Origin: the human T2T-CHM13v2.0 reference genome, Homo sapiens
Direction: 5' to 3' (one strand)
DNA length: 64,000 nt
NCBI RefSeq assembly: GCF_009914755.1
Contig: NC_060931.1
Shown piece by piece: positions 1 to 14,859 of this stretch. The first letter of the stretch is position 1. Every line of letters begins with the position of its first letter. Made by a program: the position numbers and the translations under genes. The notes under the pieces were generated by a model. That model was not told the origin of the DNA, ran no database searches, and saw only the letters and a list, made by a program, of their open reading frames with translations.

Positions 1-377
1 TCCTGGATTTTGAGTTGCATTCTCAATACATTATTTTTATTTTTATTCATAGTGAAAATATTGAAGACTGAATTTTTTCTGAATTCATACAATTTATATG
101 ACATGTTATTTTTTATTTTCTAAATATTTTACTGTTGAAGTAGTTCCTCTTTCACCCAAAAAAACTAATAGTTTTTGCTGTCTTTTTTTAATTTCTACGT
201 GACCATTTCTTTAATATTTTGTAATTCACATTTAATTTTATTGCCTTGTAGTCAAGGAATATTTCTGAAAGGACTTCTGCTCTTTGGAACTTATTAAGAG
301 TGTCTTTGAGGTTTAATATGTAATTATTATCTTAAAAATATTTAATGTATACTAAAATGTAAGACACAATTTATTGC

Positions 378-808
378 TGTGGAATTAAACAAAGACCATC
401 CAAATGAGAACAAGCAATGGCTATTTACTCAGAGTTTGGGAGTCAGCCCACAGTTTCTTGTGTTGACAGAGACTCAAAAGGCTGAGTGGAAAAGCTTTGC
501 AAGGGGGAAAAAAAGGCAGGGTCTCAGCTATGCCCTGATTGGAGGCTGCTGGCCTAGGGAAGTTGACCTGAAGCACAGCATCTTATCGGATTGCTTAAGG
601 GTGCATATTTACCTTTCTCCTATTGGTCCTAAGTTAGAAGCAAGGGAAACAATTAAAGGAGCTATCAGTTATGAACCAAGTTCTGGGTTTGTTGGGCTAA
701 TTGCTATGGTGGTATTGTTTGGCTTCCTGAGCTGGTTGCTGCAGGTTGTGGATAAGAGTTCTATTTTATGTATATGGTCTGGCCATTGTCTATATGTTCA
801 GTCTCTCA
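378..808 (-). mobile_element. Solo LTR, ERV1/MER4-group-like
   Basis: TG...CA termini (tgtggaatt...gtctctca), 431 bp, near-perfect 4-bp TSD ttgc/atgc, GC shift against the AT-rich flanks. Confidence 0.6.
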
Positions 809-947
809 ATGCATTATTTGTACTTATTCTTTTGAATTTGCCTTTACTAATTATGGTCTCTATATTGTCTCTTTTTATATACATATTTTTTGCCTGTTTA
901 ACGTATGATAGATGACTAAAAGTGCTATTAAAAACTTTCACACTTTT

Positions 948-1254
<307 letters not shown>

Positions 1255-1401
1255 GAGAGAAAAGAAAAGCCTTTCACACTTTCTCTCATCTTTTAGTATT
1301 TTTGATCAATGTTTGTTTTATACATTTCAATGGTTTATTATTTGGTTCCTAAAGGCTCCTGATTAGCATATCTTTAATGTATGTTTGTGTATGTATGTTG
1401 A

Positions 1402-1438
1402 TCTCTCTCTCTCTCTCTCTCTCTCTCATACACACACA
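1402..1438. repeat. (CT)n-(CA)n compound microsatellite
   Basis: Direct reading. Confidence 0.9.
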
Positions 1439-3592
1439 TAAGTCTTTTCATTTATTAGCTTTGCTTTAAACTTTGCTAATGTGATATTAATATTATGTTT
1501 ATCTATCTTCTTTTTATTGCACTTGTTTGCCAAGCACCGAACTAAGCATTTTAAATAATATCACATTTTTGTAACTGTTTTGGCATTTATCTTCTTCATT
1601 GTGACTTTACTTGAAATAATTATCAATGTGTATTTCTATATTTGAGTGTTTCAATACTTATCAAGAGTTTTCTTCCCCATTCTTGGTTCCTGTGTTTCGA
1701 CACAGCTCTCAACTTTCTGTAGTACTTTGGGTAGTATTTTTTTTTTCAAGAAGTCATTGGATAAGATTATAAACACCTGGCATTTCTTTATGAGCCTTTT
1801 TCTTCACTCCACAACAATAATGATTTAGATGGGTATAGAAATCTTGAATTCATAACTCAAATCTCCATAGATGTTGCTCCATTTAATTCTGGTATTTTGT
1901 GTTACCAAAAAAAAATCTAAAGTCAGTCCAAGATTTCTTTCTTGATAGGTTATCCAATTTTGTCTTTTGTTTCTGATTTTTTTTTTTTTAGATTTCATGC
2001 TTTCACCAGGTTATGTCTATTTTTTGGTCGTCTGTTATGTGAGTTCTCTGAGCTGCCATATGCTCTTTTGATCTGCTGATTAATGTGAATTCGTAGGTTA
2101 TTTTCTTTATGTCTTTGAATACAGATTACTTACCATTTATTTTAATCTTATCTTCAGGAACTCTAACTGTCTGTCTATATGTTAGTAATTTTGGCCTTTC
2201 TGTCATCATTTAAATATCTTGGTCCTATTCTTCTACGTGGGAAGAATAATTTATACTTTATTAATCAATAATTTGATTTTGATTCAATGATTAGCAGTGC
2301 TAATTCTACTTTTTATTGTTTCTGAAGTATCTTAAAGGTTGCTTTGTCTATGAAAAGTTTTAAAACATTCTTCCTTTGTATTATCTGGTGCCTTTTTATT
2401 TCTGTCAGCTTCTTGGTGTTTCCCTTCTCACAACCTATCTAATGTCTTATTATCTCGTCTTTCACCTTTAATTCCATACTGTCAAAGTGTCCCCAAAATG
2501 TAAAAAGAATGCAAAATATGCGCTAAAATTTCAGGGTTTCTTGAGCTAAAGTTTTTTTGAATATATATTCTTTTTCTGATATTTTTGTGCTCTTTTTAAC
2601 TCAATGCTAGGAAATCTCTCTCTGTCTCATATGTTTCACCCATCTACTGAAAGTTTTTTAATTGGCTAACATCTGAATAAATGCACATATCTTTTATTTG
2701 GATTATTCCTACACTAGCTGCACAATGCCATCATTGTTTCCTCCACCAAGAAGAGCTGGGTGGGCCATGTTCATTGAGAAAATCAGTTTCTCTCAAACAG
2801 GAGAAAAAATGGCATTGTCCTATCGCTATGTGAATAATTCAACTAAAAAGAATAACTGTTCTCCCAGTAAAGCTTTTTCTTTCTTAGAAAAATTGGGTTT
2901 CTTTATATTCCATGCCTTTGCTTCAGAGCACAATATGTGACCTGGGAAAGGCATTTACCCTTGTTAAACCTTCATTTTCTCATTTCTAAAATTACAAGGG
3001 TTATCTCCATGATCTTTAGGAAGCCAGAACTGATCTGGTTCTAATGGTCCTTTGATTCTAATTAGAAATTTCCAACTGCAAAAGTTGAGGGGGATTCTTA
3101 CATCTTCAGAAGCCAACTAATTAAACAACTTTTGCTGTAATGAGTGTCAGTCACCTTTATGAATCAGCTTGTCACTTAATAATAGAAATAGCTGGCTTCT
3201 GGCCCATGCAGAAGGAATGTAGAAAATAGACTATAGTAACAAGCTGACTCCCATTCTCCTGTTGTTCCCTGCCTCACTCAGTTTCCACAGTCAACTTAGG
3301 ACAATTCCATACTGTGATTATTTACTCCTGCTTTGCTTTCGTAATTCAACAAACAGTATTAACCACTTACTATGGCGAGGCATGGTTCCAGGTGCTAAGG
3401 ACCCACAGTGGATTTGATTACAAATTACAGGTAAAATAATAAAGCAATAAAAAGGATAATTTTGCTTTCATCATCGAAAGCTCAGTGATAGAGTAAGCTT
3501 TAGACTTTATTTGCCTCAGCAATGCAGCAGTGGTAGAGGGCAGAGGAGAAGTCTCATCCTAAGCCTTGCTCCCAAGGCTGGTTATAGGATGC

Positions 3593-3982
3593 TGTATTAG
3601 TTTGCTGGGACTGCCGTAACAAATACCAAAGATTGGGCAGCTTAAACAACAGAAATTTACTTTCTCACAGTTCTAGAAGCTAGAAGTCCTCTATCAAAGT
3701 GTTGGCTAATTTTATTTTGAGGCCTTTCTCATTGGATTGTAGATGGCTGTCTTCTCCGTTTTTTTCACATGGCTTTTTTTCTGTCCATGTCTGTATCCTA
3801 ATCTTCTCTTCTTATGAGGACACCACCAGTTATACTGGATTAGGGCCCACCCAGAATTACCTCATCTTTTTTTCTTCATTATCTCTTTAAAGTCCCTATC
3901 TCTAAGCATGTCACATTGTGAAGGACTGGAGGTTAGGACTTTAACATATGAATTTAGGGGAGATGCAATTCAGCCCATAACA
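3593..3982 (-). mobile_element. MLT1B/C-type MaLR solo LTR
   Basis: tgtattagtttgct...gcttaaacaacagaaattta...aattcagcccataaca, 390 bp, 5-bp TSD gatgc/aatgc. Confidence 0.85.
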
Positions 3983-5269
3983 AATGCCTGCTAGTAACTC
4001 ATGGGAACTCTCTTCCACATGCAAAGAGATAAAATGTGATTTCTGCAAGTTTTATTAGAAATATAGGAAGGAACCCTTCCCAGCAGGGCTTGACAAGCCT
4101 GTGCATGTGCCTCACTGACATAACTAAGTTATAGGGTCATATTTGAACTAATCCATGGAACAAGACATGCAATTACACTGATGAGCTTAGGCTGAAGTCA
4201 AATGTCTCACTCCTGAAAATTCAGACTTCCCCAAAACACATGGGCTGAACAGGTAAGATGGATACTTCAACTGAAAGCCAGGGTACTTAACAAAAGCAGG
4301 AGAAATAGATGCTGGGGAGGTAATCCCAACGTCCAGTGCAAATGCTATGAGGGAAAACGACAGAGTCCCAAACATGCTGGAGCTTATAGTTAGAGGAAGG
4401 AAAAATTAGATTTTTCTCAGGGCTTTGGGATTGGGGCACCTGGCAGTCAGCGCCTAGATTCCAAAGCAGGTCAGAAGATGCCTCTGCCCAAGTATTGGAA
4501 ACCTTTTGAATATCTTTGAGTATTAAAAACATTTTAACACTGCCTGAGAAAAGTAGTAGTTATGAAGTTATACATTTAGCCTATCCCATTCAACTCAGGG
4601 GATTGTACACAGATCAAATAAATTGCAATTGTGTTTCCCTCCCTGATATTCACATAGGAAGGTGAGTGGTGAGCAGTAAACTTCAGGACCTTTAAAGTTA
4701 TCATTGCTTTCACCCTTGCACCAGCTTTTTGAGGTAAATATTCCCATTTTCTAGGAGAGGATAATGAGGCTCAGAGAGGGTAAGTGGCCTCCCCAGGGTC
4801 TTCTAGCTGAATTGTAACCAGCTTGATCTTCCTTTTGAATTCCACCATCTTGCCTGTGAGGGAAAAAGGAATAAGGAGCCAGGAGTTGCAGGGTCATTCT
4901 TCTCCTCAAGAGGCTTGAGAGTAACTAAGTATCTGTTCAAAACACTTTTGAGAATTTGGCGGCCTCATTACGTTTCTCAGGAGTCCCTGGGGGAGGTTAC
5001 ACTTTTAGGATCCCCAGGAATAGAGTGACAAAATACAGCTACCACAACTTGGTCCTGTGCAACTGTGCCCTTGCTCAGCAATTACTGACTCCATTCTGAC
5101 TGAACTCTGCCAAAAACTCTTAACATTAATAATTATTACCTGTTCTCAATTTTAATAATTAAGAGTTTTACAACTTCCAGTGACTCTTAATTCAGGTTTC
5201 TTTGGCTTACTGTTCTTGGACAATAACAGTATGGTCACTGTTGCACAGACAGAAGCTAGACATAGTCTG

Positions 5270-5595
5270 TATAGCTAACTCCCTCATGTCCTTCAAATCT
5301 TTCTTCAAATGTCAGTTTCTTTTGGGGCCTTCTGTGACCAACCTGATGAATAGAGCCCACCAGCCCCAGACCACAGCGTTCCTGACTTCCTTTACTCTGC
5401 TTCACTTTTCCCTTTTTCACAGCAATTGTCACATTCTATTCTACTATAACTTACTTATTTATTGAATTTACCACTGATTGTTTGCCTAACCTCACTATAA
5501 GACAGGGATCTTTGTTTTATTCTCCAAGAACTTAGAACAGTAGTTATTCAATTAATATTTGTTGAAGCAATGAATGAACCAAATGAATGAATGAA
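5270..5595 (+). mobile_element. L2 3' fragment
   Basis: L2 tail motif cttagaacag...attaatatttgttgaa..aatgaatgaa. Confidence 0.6.
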
Positions 5596-6511
5596 AGATG
5601 AATATAAAAATATTTATATGTCCTAACACTCTACTAAGCATTATGACAGAATATCCACCAAAAAAAAAAGATGAGAAGGAGAAACCATTATTCTTCTGTA
5701 GCAGGGCTAACAGAACATGAGCAGATGGCAAACGTGAGATTATCAGCACCTTCTGGGCTAGTTCCTGGAAATCAGCTGATTTCCTGCTGCTTCCAAAAAT
5801 TCTTAAAGCTTTCAGACTCCTGAGCAAGCTCCTGCAAAACACCTATTTTGGTGCTGCAAGCACCTGCAGTAGCTCTCTAGTCATTCAGGTACTTGTTGAC
5901 CTTAGGAACTCAAGCCATAGCTTCCACGATTTTCAATCCCTGATCCCTCTTCAGTCTCAAATTGCTGTATCCAAAACCCTTCCTACTTGCAATATATTAG
6001 AAAGGCCACCTTCTGACCAAATCTGAAAAGTTGGGTAGGTTTGTAGAGGATGAGTTTTTGGATTATTCCCAATTCTTTTGATCCTCACCCCAACCTCCTA
6101 AGACTAAAGCTACAGTGGCCTCCCTTTAGGGAAGAAAGCAGAGGAAAGGAGCAGAGGAATTATTTTCTGTGAATTAACTGTTTCTAGATTCTAATATTAG
6201 TGACTAAACTGCCATTTGTACTTCCTATATTCCTGTTTTAGCAAGAGCTAAAAGAGTTTCAAAGAAGGTAAATTGTATTCTAAGAAGAGAATTCAGAAAG
6301 TCCTTTCCAGAATAGATGAATCTTAAATGATGGGCAGGTTTCCCACAGAGATAGGTGGGGAAGCCATTCTAACCTAGAAAACAGGATGCCTAGAAGTATG
6401 CAGTGTTTTCAGAAAATGGCAGACACAGGCTTCCTTGGCTAGAGAACAAAGACTTCATACAGGAGTAGGTTCATAAATACAAGCACAAGAGACCTTTATA
6501 GCATTGGGGTC

Positions 6512-7490
6512 TAGTGATTCTCAATTATTCTGCCTATAAGCATCAACTGCAAGAATAGTTAAAATTCTATTGAAGAGAAGAAATGTTTCCTGCTGTGCCA
6601 GAAACCCTTAAGAAAAAGCAAAGGAATTTCACAGAGCTGAAGATCAAGCACCTGAGAAACAAGTTTGCCTCAAGAGATGCTTCCAAAGGCAAGTTGGAAG
6701 CTTATTGATGAAAAAGTGAAACACTATCACAAGGAGTACAGGCAGATGGGACAGAACTGAAATTCAAATGGCTAGGATGGCAAGAAAAGCTGACCACTTC
6801 TATGTACCTGCAGAACGCAAATTGGCATTTGTCATCAGGATCAGAGATATCAATGATGTGAGCCCAAAGGTCCAAAAGGTGTTGTAGCTTCTTCGCCTTT
6901 GTCAGATCTTCAATGGAAGCTTTGTTAAGCTCAACAAGCTTAGCATGCTGAGGATTGTAGAACCATATATTGCACGAGGGTACCCAAACCTGAAGTCATT
7001 AAATGAACTAATCTACAAGCATTGTTATGGCAAGATCAATAAGAAGAGAACTGCCATGATAGATACCAATTTGATTGCTTGATCTGGCTTCATCTGCGTG
7101 GAGGATCTGATTCATGAAATTTGTACTGCTGGAAACACTTCAAAGAAGCAAATAACTTCCTGTACCCCTTCAAATTATCCTCTCTATGAGATGGAATGAA
7201 GAGAAAAACCACTCATTTTATAGAGGTGGAGATGTTGGCAACAGGGAAGACCAGATTAATGGGCTCATTAGAAGGATAAAATAAGGTGTCTGCCATGATT
7301 ATTTTTGTAATCTTGTCAGTTAATAAACAGTGACTGCTTTCGATTTGAAAAAAAAATACATAGTTAAAATACACCTACACATTCACACCAAAGATTCTGA
7401 TTTAATTGGTATGAAGCCAAACCAAGACATTAGTACTTTTCCAGAGCTTCCCAGGTGATTTTAATTTGCAGCCAGTGCTGAGAAACACTG
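6512..7490. mobile_element. MER5-type (hAT-Charlie) element split by the RPL7 retrocopy (halves ~6512-6565 and ~7371-7490)
   Basis: Left end tagtgattctcaa; right part gattctgatttaattggt...cccaggtgattttaatttgcagccagtgctgagaaacactg. Confidence 0.7.
6571..7356 (+). pseudogene. RPL7P31: RPL7 (60S ribosomal protein uL30/L7) processed pseudogene
   Basis: Intronless translation matches RPL7 ([10 protein letters not shown]..., [42 protein letters not shown]). Start codon missing, frameshifts, TAG at 6885-6887. AATAAA at 7322, A-tail, TSD atagttaaaat (6555-6565 / 7360-7370). Parent gene is certain; the P31 number is from memory of this locus. Confidence 0.93.
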
Positions 7491-9716
7491 AGACGATGCA
7501 CATAAAATGCCTAGCCCAGAGCCTGCTCAAGAAATGTTAGCTGTTGCTCTCTACTGTCACTGTTTGGGTGGTTGAGACTTGTGCCCAGGCTTCCTAGGGG
7601 AGTGTTCCTCCCATTGCCCCACAGTTCCCTGTAAGTGGTGGAAAAGGAGACCCTATAGCAGCACTTCTCAACACCGGCTACACATTTGAATCAATAGAGG
7701 AGCCTTGCCAAGGTTTGCAAAAGATGGCTGGGTCTGTCTCTAACCAATTAGAATCTCTGAAGGTGGGACCCAGGTATCCCCATTATTTACTTTCCCCATT
7801 AACTATTCCACAAATATCCTCATATGATCTGATCTCTATTTCCCCATAATGATTGACTGGTATTTCTCTTTGCCATTTCAGTATTCACAATCTGCTTTGT
7901 ATTAAAGCTGCTTATTTACGTTATCTCTCCCACTGTGAACCACTGCAGATCAGGGACTGGATTTGTTTTGTTTTGTTTTAGTTTTTATACAATTGCTTTC
8001 CCCTTGCACTCAGCATACAGCAAAGCTCTAACACATGATATATACTTACATAATATTAATTTAATTAATTGTCAGAAACCATAGATACTCAACTATAAGA
8101 CTTTCCTGCCTTCTCCACTCTACTTTTCCATTTTTCATGTTTTCTTTGTTGTTGTGCTTTTCTATGCCTTCTTCACACTGTAGCCAAAGTTATTTTATTC
8201 AAAATTCAAATTAATTTAATTATGGAAGCTGGGTAATGAGCCTAATAATATAAACACAGTGGTGCAGTGAGCATGCAGTTAGTTACAATGTTCCATCTAT
8301 TTTTCTGTTGTGTGAAGGCATCCACAATTTATAAAGTACCTGGTGATTCAAAAATTAAGAACCACTATTCTAAGAGTAGGTGGAGGCCAGACTATGGAAT
8401 CTTCCAACAACCAGGAGCAGGAGTTGGAATGGAATAAATTAGAGCACTGGATCATCCCTGAAATCCCTGAGCAGAGGAACAACCGAAACAGAGATGTATT
8501 TAAGCTTATAAGTCTAAATAAAAGTTGGGGGTTTAAAAAGGCTACTTAATTACTTCTGAGAAAAAATATTTTATTCATTTCTCACTGGGCTTCTATAATC
8601 ACCTCAGCTCTGTCTGCAGTTTCCTTTCTTCTGTAATTATTTTTCTCTCCATTTTCTTGCCCTGATAGCCACGTGCTCATTTGGGTATCCATCAAAAGAC
8701 TACATTTCAGTATATTAATTCTCTCACTGGATGGTACAGCTTGAATTTCCTTCTGCTAGTTTCATTAAAATCTAAATGGGGGGAAAAGTCCTCTACATTA
8801 TCTAGGAGATCCATGTGAGCTGCCCAGCTCCATTAGCTGTTGTCTGTTAGAGGTGGATTACAAGCAGGTGTAATCTTAAGGACACCGCCCTTCTGTGATT
8901 GTTAAGAAGGAACACAGACTGAGCAGAGCGGCTACTGTTCTGATCAGGAGCCACCACCACTGGTTCCTACAGTATACAGAATTTCAATTGTCAGATCTGT
9001 CCTGGAGGAACAATAGAATACAACTGTGAATTAAATAATTTAGAAACCAAGGACATAATCTCACTTTTCTAAATGAGTTTGCCTCTTTTAGGAGTCAGTA
9101 TATTCGTAGTTTTGCTAGCACAGTCCTGTGATGTAGGAGGAAAATGCCCAAAAATATTCTAGAAAAAACATTGAGAATTCAAGTTAAAATGTCAGATGGA
9201 GCAGCCTCTAGAATTCCTCCTTTGTAGGCCATCAGTAATCTCACTGAAAATTAGACATGTATTATTTATAAATAATAATATAATATTATGCATATTTTAA
9301 ATATTAATGATTTAGGTCAAACGCAGAAGGTGAAATTTGTAGGTGTCAGAAATGAAGGCCAAATCTTTAGTGGGAAGGCTGTGGGAGCTGAAGCTCTGCA
9401 GAGCACAGTGGGGATCCAGATGCAATATTTAGAGGCTGGTGTTTTCACTCTCCTGTGCAGAAGTCAATGCTCCAACTCTAGAGCATGGAACTAGGCTTCC
9501 CAAATAAGCCTATTGCTGGCAAAGCTCTGCATAGTCCGTGACTGGGAGATGGGAAATCTGGAAAACTAACCATCTGACCTAGGCCCATCCCAGGCCTGTC
9601 CCGGATCCCTCCAGAAATCTCAAGAAACAGGATCTCAAAGCCACAGGGCACTATGTGCGAGGCGCCACGTCCACTGGACACATTCAGGGAACATCATTCA
9701 CATGAACATGTGTCCT

Positions 9717-10201
9717 TGTTCTGGTTATTGATTGCTGTGTAACAAACCATCCCAAATATTAGTGGCTTAAAACATCAGTTTATTGCCTTTCATATTTCTG
9801 AGGGTCAAGAATTTAAGTGGAATACAGTGAGGTGGCTCATCTTTTCTCCATGCTGTCTGAGACTCAGCCAGAAATGGCTTGACTGGCACTGTTGGCACTG
9901 GTGCCAGCTGTCCGCTGGAAGTCTGGCAAAGATCGCCAGGAAAGTTCCTCAGTTCCTCCTCACTTGGGCCTCTCCAGAACTCCCTTTCTGGTGCTACCTG
10001 GGTTCCAAGAGGACCAGGCGAAAGCTGCAAGGACTCCTATGACCCAGGTTCTGAAATTATGAAATGTCCATTCTGCCGCATTCCATTGGTTGAGGATGAG
10101 TCCCAGCTCCAGCCAGGGTTCAGGGAGACGGGACCACACAAGGGTGCGAATAATATGAAACTTGGCTCATTGGGGGCCATCTTTGGAGACTAGTGACCAC
10201 A
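9717..10201 (-). mobile_element. MLT1F/G/H-type MaLR solo LTR
   Basis: attgctgtgtaacaaaccatcccaaa..tagtggcttaaaaca at one end; ttggggccatctttggagactagtgaccaca at the other. Confidence 0.75.
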
Positions 10202-12928
10202 CGTCTGGAATTGTGCAATGGGCCAGTACTTGGTTGTGGTTATAGAAATCCCAGTGTAAAGCCTAAATAGAAACATGAGTTAAGAATAAGTCAATCCAAT
10301 GGTGCACTTCAGAAGTGACCGTAAAACTCTCCTGTAGAAGGACTTTCACATATTAGAGCATCTACAAAGCTCCCTCAGTTTCCAAAGATGATAGATCTCC
10401 TGGAAGATAAACTTGAGGAGAAGGTAGGTGCCCACTATCAGAGCTGGACTGTGAGCTCCAAGCTGGGCTCATTTACCTAGTGGGGGTCTACAGGTTACTC
10501 ATCCTAGACCCAGTCAATTGCCCCTGACCTGCCTCAGGAGTGAAGCAGAGCCAGGGTCAGGGCTAGGTGGGTAGGTGGGCTGCCCCAGACTTAAGCTGTG
10601 CATTGAGAAGTGCCATAGATACCAGGAATCAAATGAATGGAGATTTGCTATTATTTGGAAGGATGTAAGACCACAAGCATATCTATAAGAAATTGTACCA
10701 GGATCACAAATCTCCCATCTCAGCCCAGCAGCAGTGATCTCTGGAAAGAAACACCACCCCACATCCCAGGCTGGTATACTTCACAGTAATGATGTGTGCC
10801 CAGATTAACACAAATGACAAATTCCATCATACTCCCTCTATCTGAAGGAGCACACCTGATGTGAGAAAGAGCATGAGAGGAGCCTGGCTGTCAGAGCAGG
10901 AATTCTGCACTGTGGCAGGTTCTGCTCTGTCTGGCTGATGCTTCTGAATACAGCAGAGATATGACGGCCTCATAATTTAGGTTGCTTGAAAGGCGGAGCA
11001 AGAAAAGTTACCTAGTTTAGAAAAATCAGGAAACTCATATATGGAAAGGCTATGCTATCCCAAGCCAGCATTGCTCTGGAACTAAGCAGATGAGAATGTG
11101 AGCCCAGAAAGTTTTTCTCCCAAAGAAATGCTCTTTTTGACAGCCAATCAGGCCCAAGTGGTTTATAAGGTAGCCCAAGCGGCAAAACATTTGAGTCAGA
11201 AAACCCTCACCTTGGCACCTCTACCAAGGAATTGTCAGTCAGCCCTACAGAACCTTCTGTCTGGCCTTATCTTAAACTTGTGGCAGAAGTAATGCCACAT
11301 GTTCACAATATCCCATGGATGGGGTCATGTGATGTGTTCAGGCCAATGAAATGTGAGTTGAAGGGACTATGTCACTCCCAGACTGAGACTGTGAAAAGCC
11401 CCTATTAGATGGTTGTCCCTCTGCTTTGAGCTGTGAGTTTGGAGGCCACGTGTTGAGATGGTAGAGTCCTCAGATCAAAGCAGCCCTGAATACAAAATAG
11501 CTGTATTTGGAGCTTGTGTGCTACTGCAGATACCATAAGCCTCGCCTATTTTGTTACTCCAAAGATGTGCTGGGTTCATCTTTGTAGCTAGCCCAGGGGC
11601 ACCATGATGCTCAGGCTACCATATGGGAGGGCGATCCATGAGGAGCAGCACCTGGGTGGTGAATAGCACCTGGGAAGCTGAACCTCTGTGTTCAGCTTGG
11701 AGGTAGTTAGCAGATGGAGTTCTAGGATGTACTACCATGAGAAGAAAGTCGAGGGAAGATAAAAGTCAGAATGAGGGAGATGGTATTGGTTAAATTCAAA
11801 GAAGGAAGGATAAAAACCTTGGGGAAAGAGTGGAAAGAGGGTGGCCTCCAGAGCTGAGTCCACCAGGATGTACAACAAATTATGCTTGAGATGAGCTGTC
11901 CAGGACTCAGTATGCAAATGGGTGATCTATGCCTCAGTGCCCACTTATTGGAAAACACACCTGAGATGAAAAGCATGCTCTAAACTCTGTCACTGGAGAG
12001 TCTTGCCGCTTGGACCGTGAGATGACTATAACAAAACACTGCCATTCATCTTCCAAAAGAGGAAATGGACAGACATATAATTACTAGCCCATAAAATGAT
12101 GGCAAATAACACAGCCCTCCAGACACTATACTTGGTGCCATGGAAAAATTTGAACATTATTGGGCAATCACTGCCTTCTGACTTCAACTTTGACTTAAGA
12201 AGAGCAGAAGAGTGTACATATTGGGAGCAGGATGAAGACACAGAGTTTCTGGTTCAAATCCTCGTTCTCCTGCTTTCTATTGGGAGATCTTGCAAGTTAA
12301 TTGCTTGACTTCTTTCTGCTTCAATTATTTCATCTGTCAAATAGAGATAAAAGCAATTCCTTTTTCATGAGGTTAGTATGAAAATTACAGTGGATCATGA
12401 AGAAAAGTTCTTAGGACCATGTCTGATATGTGAGTCCTCAATGAATGATGAATTCATTGAATATTATGATATCACCAGGTTTTTTTAAACCGCTGGCCAG
12501 GTATCCCCTCACAATCCTTTATCTCTCCTCCTCTGTAAATGTCCAACACAGGCCACTTCTCCCCTTTGTACACCTGCTGTGCAATTCCTGCCACTTTGGA
12601 ATGGGAGCATCACAGCTTAAGGGTCCTAATTCCTTTCTCAGCCTCTGGGTATCCCAAGTCTCTAACTTGCCATTGCCTGCTTTGCACCAAGACCAGAGTG
12701 TCAGGGGCAGATTACAGGAGTCCTACAGTCACTGCTCTGCTAATGAGTGCTTCCCTTAGAGGTGAAGAAGCGAGGCAGTGCCTGCTTTGGAATGCTTTAA
12801 TAAACACCAGAAAGTCCTCACTGCCAGGGATATTTTACTCATTTACTTTCTAAAGCCTAAAATTCTAGAAGATAGGACACATTCATTTGCTAAAATACAA
12901 AATTTCCAGGGAGAGGATGTATAATGAG

Positions 12929-13232
<304 letters not shown>

Positions 13233-13827
13233 ACATAACAAGTCTTATCAGTCAGTATACCTCAGTATAAATTAATTTATCAGGCTCCTTTTCTAAAGGG
13301 TTAGATGAGGGGGAAATGTAAGATGGTGGAAGACTTGGGCATTTGAGAAGCAATTGAGAGGGAAAATGATCCAAATGAGAACCCTGGGACCCCCAGAGAC
13401 AGTCACTAAGGAGTTACCAGTTGGCATAGAACTTCTACTTCTGCTCCCAACTGTCCAAGCTCAAAATGAAGCCCAGTAGGGTCTTCAGGGTCTCATCTTG
13501 GAAAAGGACAGCTTCCAAGCCTAGGATTTCAGAATGTATAATGGTCATTTGAGTGCCGCTCATCAGTGAACAATAGCTAATCAGTGTGCAAATTCAGCAG
13601 GCCTGAGCTCCATCACCAAAGGCATTTTCATGAGGACACATCCTGCTTGGAGAATTTTGAGTGCCATCAGACAAGTCAAATCGCTGCCCTTCTCTTTACT
13701 CAAAGGATCTGGAATCCCCTGAACCAGGAAAAATGCCACTGTGACCCTTCTGGGTGCATAAGCACAGGAATAAACACAATAGATGGGCAAATCCAACTGT
13801 ACCTTATCCTGATGACATATTTTAGGG

Positions 13828-14290
13828 CAGCAGTTTTTAACTTTCTAGTTTACACTCTTAAAAATAATATTGAGAACCCAAAAGAATTTTTGAGGATGCA
13901 GATTAAGTTATCTCTACAGATATTTATCATTTTAAAAGTTAAAGTGGAAAATTCTTTAAAAATATTATTTATAAATTCATTGTAAATAACAATAATAAAA
14001 TGTTAACATAAATGTAATACGTTATGCTAAATAACTCATATTTTCCAAAATGACAAAAATGCAGCTTGCATTGTTCACATTTTTGCAAATCTCTTCGATG
14101 CTTGTTTCCATTCAGCTGTGATATCACTCATGATGCCACCTCTAGAAAACTCCACTCTACACACAAGAGAGAATGAGAATGAAAAAGACAAAGGACAGCT
14201 CAGGATTGCTGTAAAAATAGTTTTGACTTTGCAGATCCCCCGAAGGGGTCCCAGAGACCCACAGGAGGCCCTGACCCTACTCAAAGACCT
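13828..14290 (+). mobile_element. Charlie1a-like hAT DNA transposon deletion derivative
   Basis: tttacactcttaaaaataatattgagaacccaaaaga start; aaaatagttttgactttgcagatcccccgaaggggtccc end. Confidence 0.65.
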
Positions 14291-14859
14291 CTTTTTTAGA
14301 GGATTGTTTTAGGTGATTGGGCTGTTCTGATATGATCCATTCCTAGGCTTCTAAACACCTCAGGCAAGTCTCCAGGGCCCAATAGGAAGGTCAATACAGC
14401 CTCTTCCTTGTTAAGGGTAGACCTACATTGAAGATCAAGGAATCTTGGTGTTTGTAGAATAATTATGGACTAGCAAAGGACAAAGCAGTTGCAGGTTTCT
14501 TTGCTGAGCCTCTGTGTTTGTGAGTCTGGAACCCAAAGGGGCAGCAGCTGAGGGGCAGGGACTGAGAAGTAGCAGGATCTGTCTCTTAATAGCTGCACCA
14601 AAAGGGAAAGTCATGACATTTTTCTGAGACTTCATTTGTAAAATGGAAATAAAGTCCAAGCACTTCATGGAGAGTACCTTATTTAATTCAAACATATAAC
14701 ATAGAAAGATTGGGAGATAATCATCTTTCTCTGTTTTACAGATGAGAAACCACATACTCAGCAAAGTGCCCAGTACACAGGAAGTGACAGAGTCCTAATT
14801 TGAAGCTGTGTTTGTTTGATCTTAAAGCCCAGGCTTTTCTCTGTCCTGCTGGCTTGGTG

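Noticed and set aside
379-915. 178-aa ORF with hydrophobic C-terminus
   Set aside because: Starts at GTG, lies in an antisense LTR plus T-rich L1 DNA; the hydrophobicity is a composition artefact.
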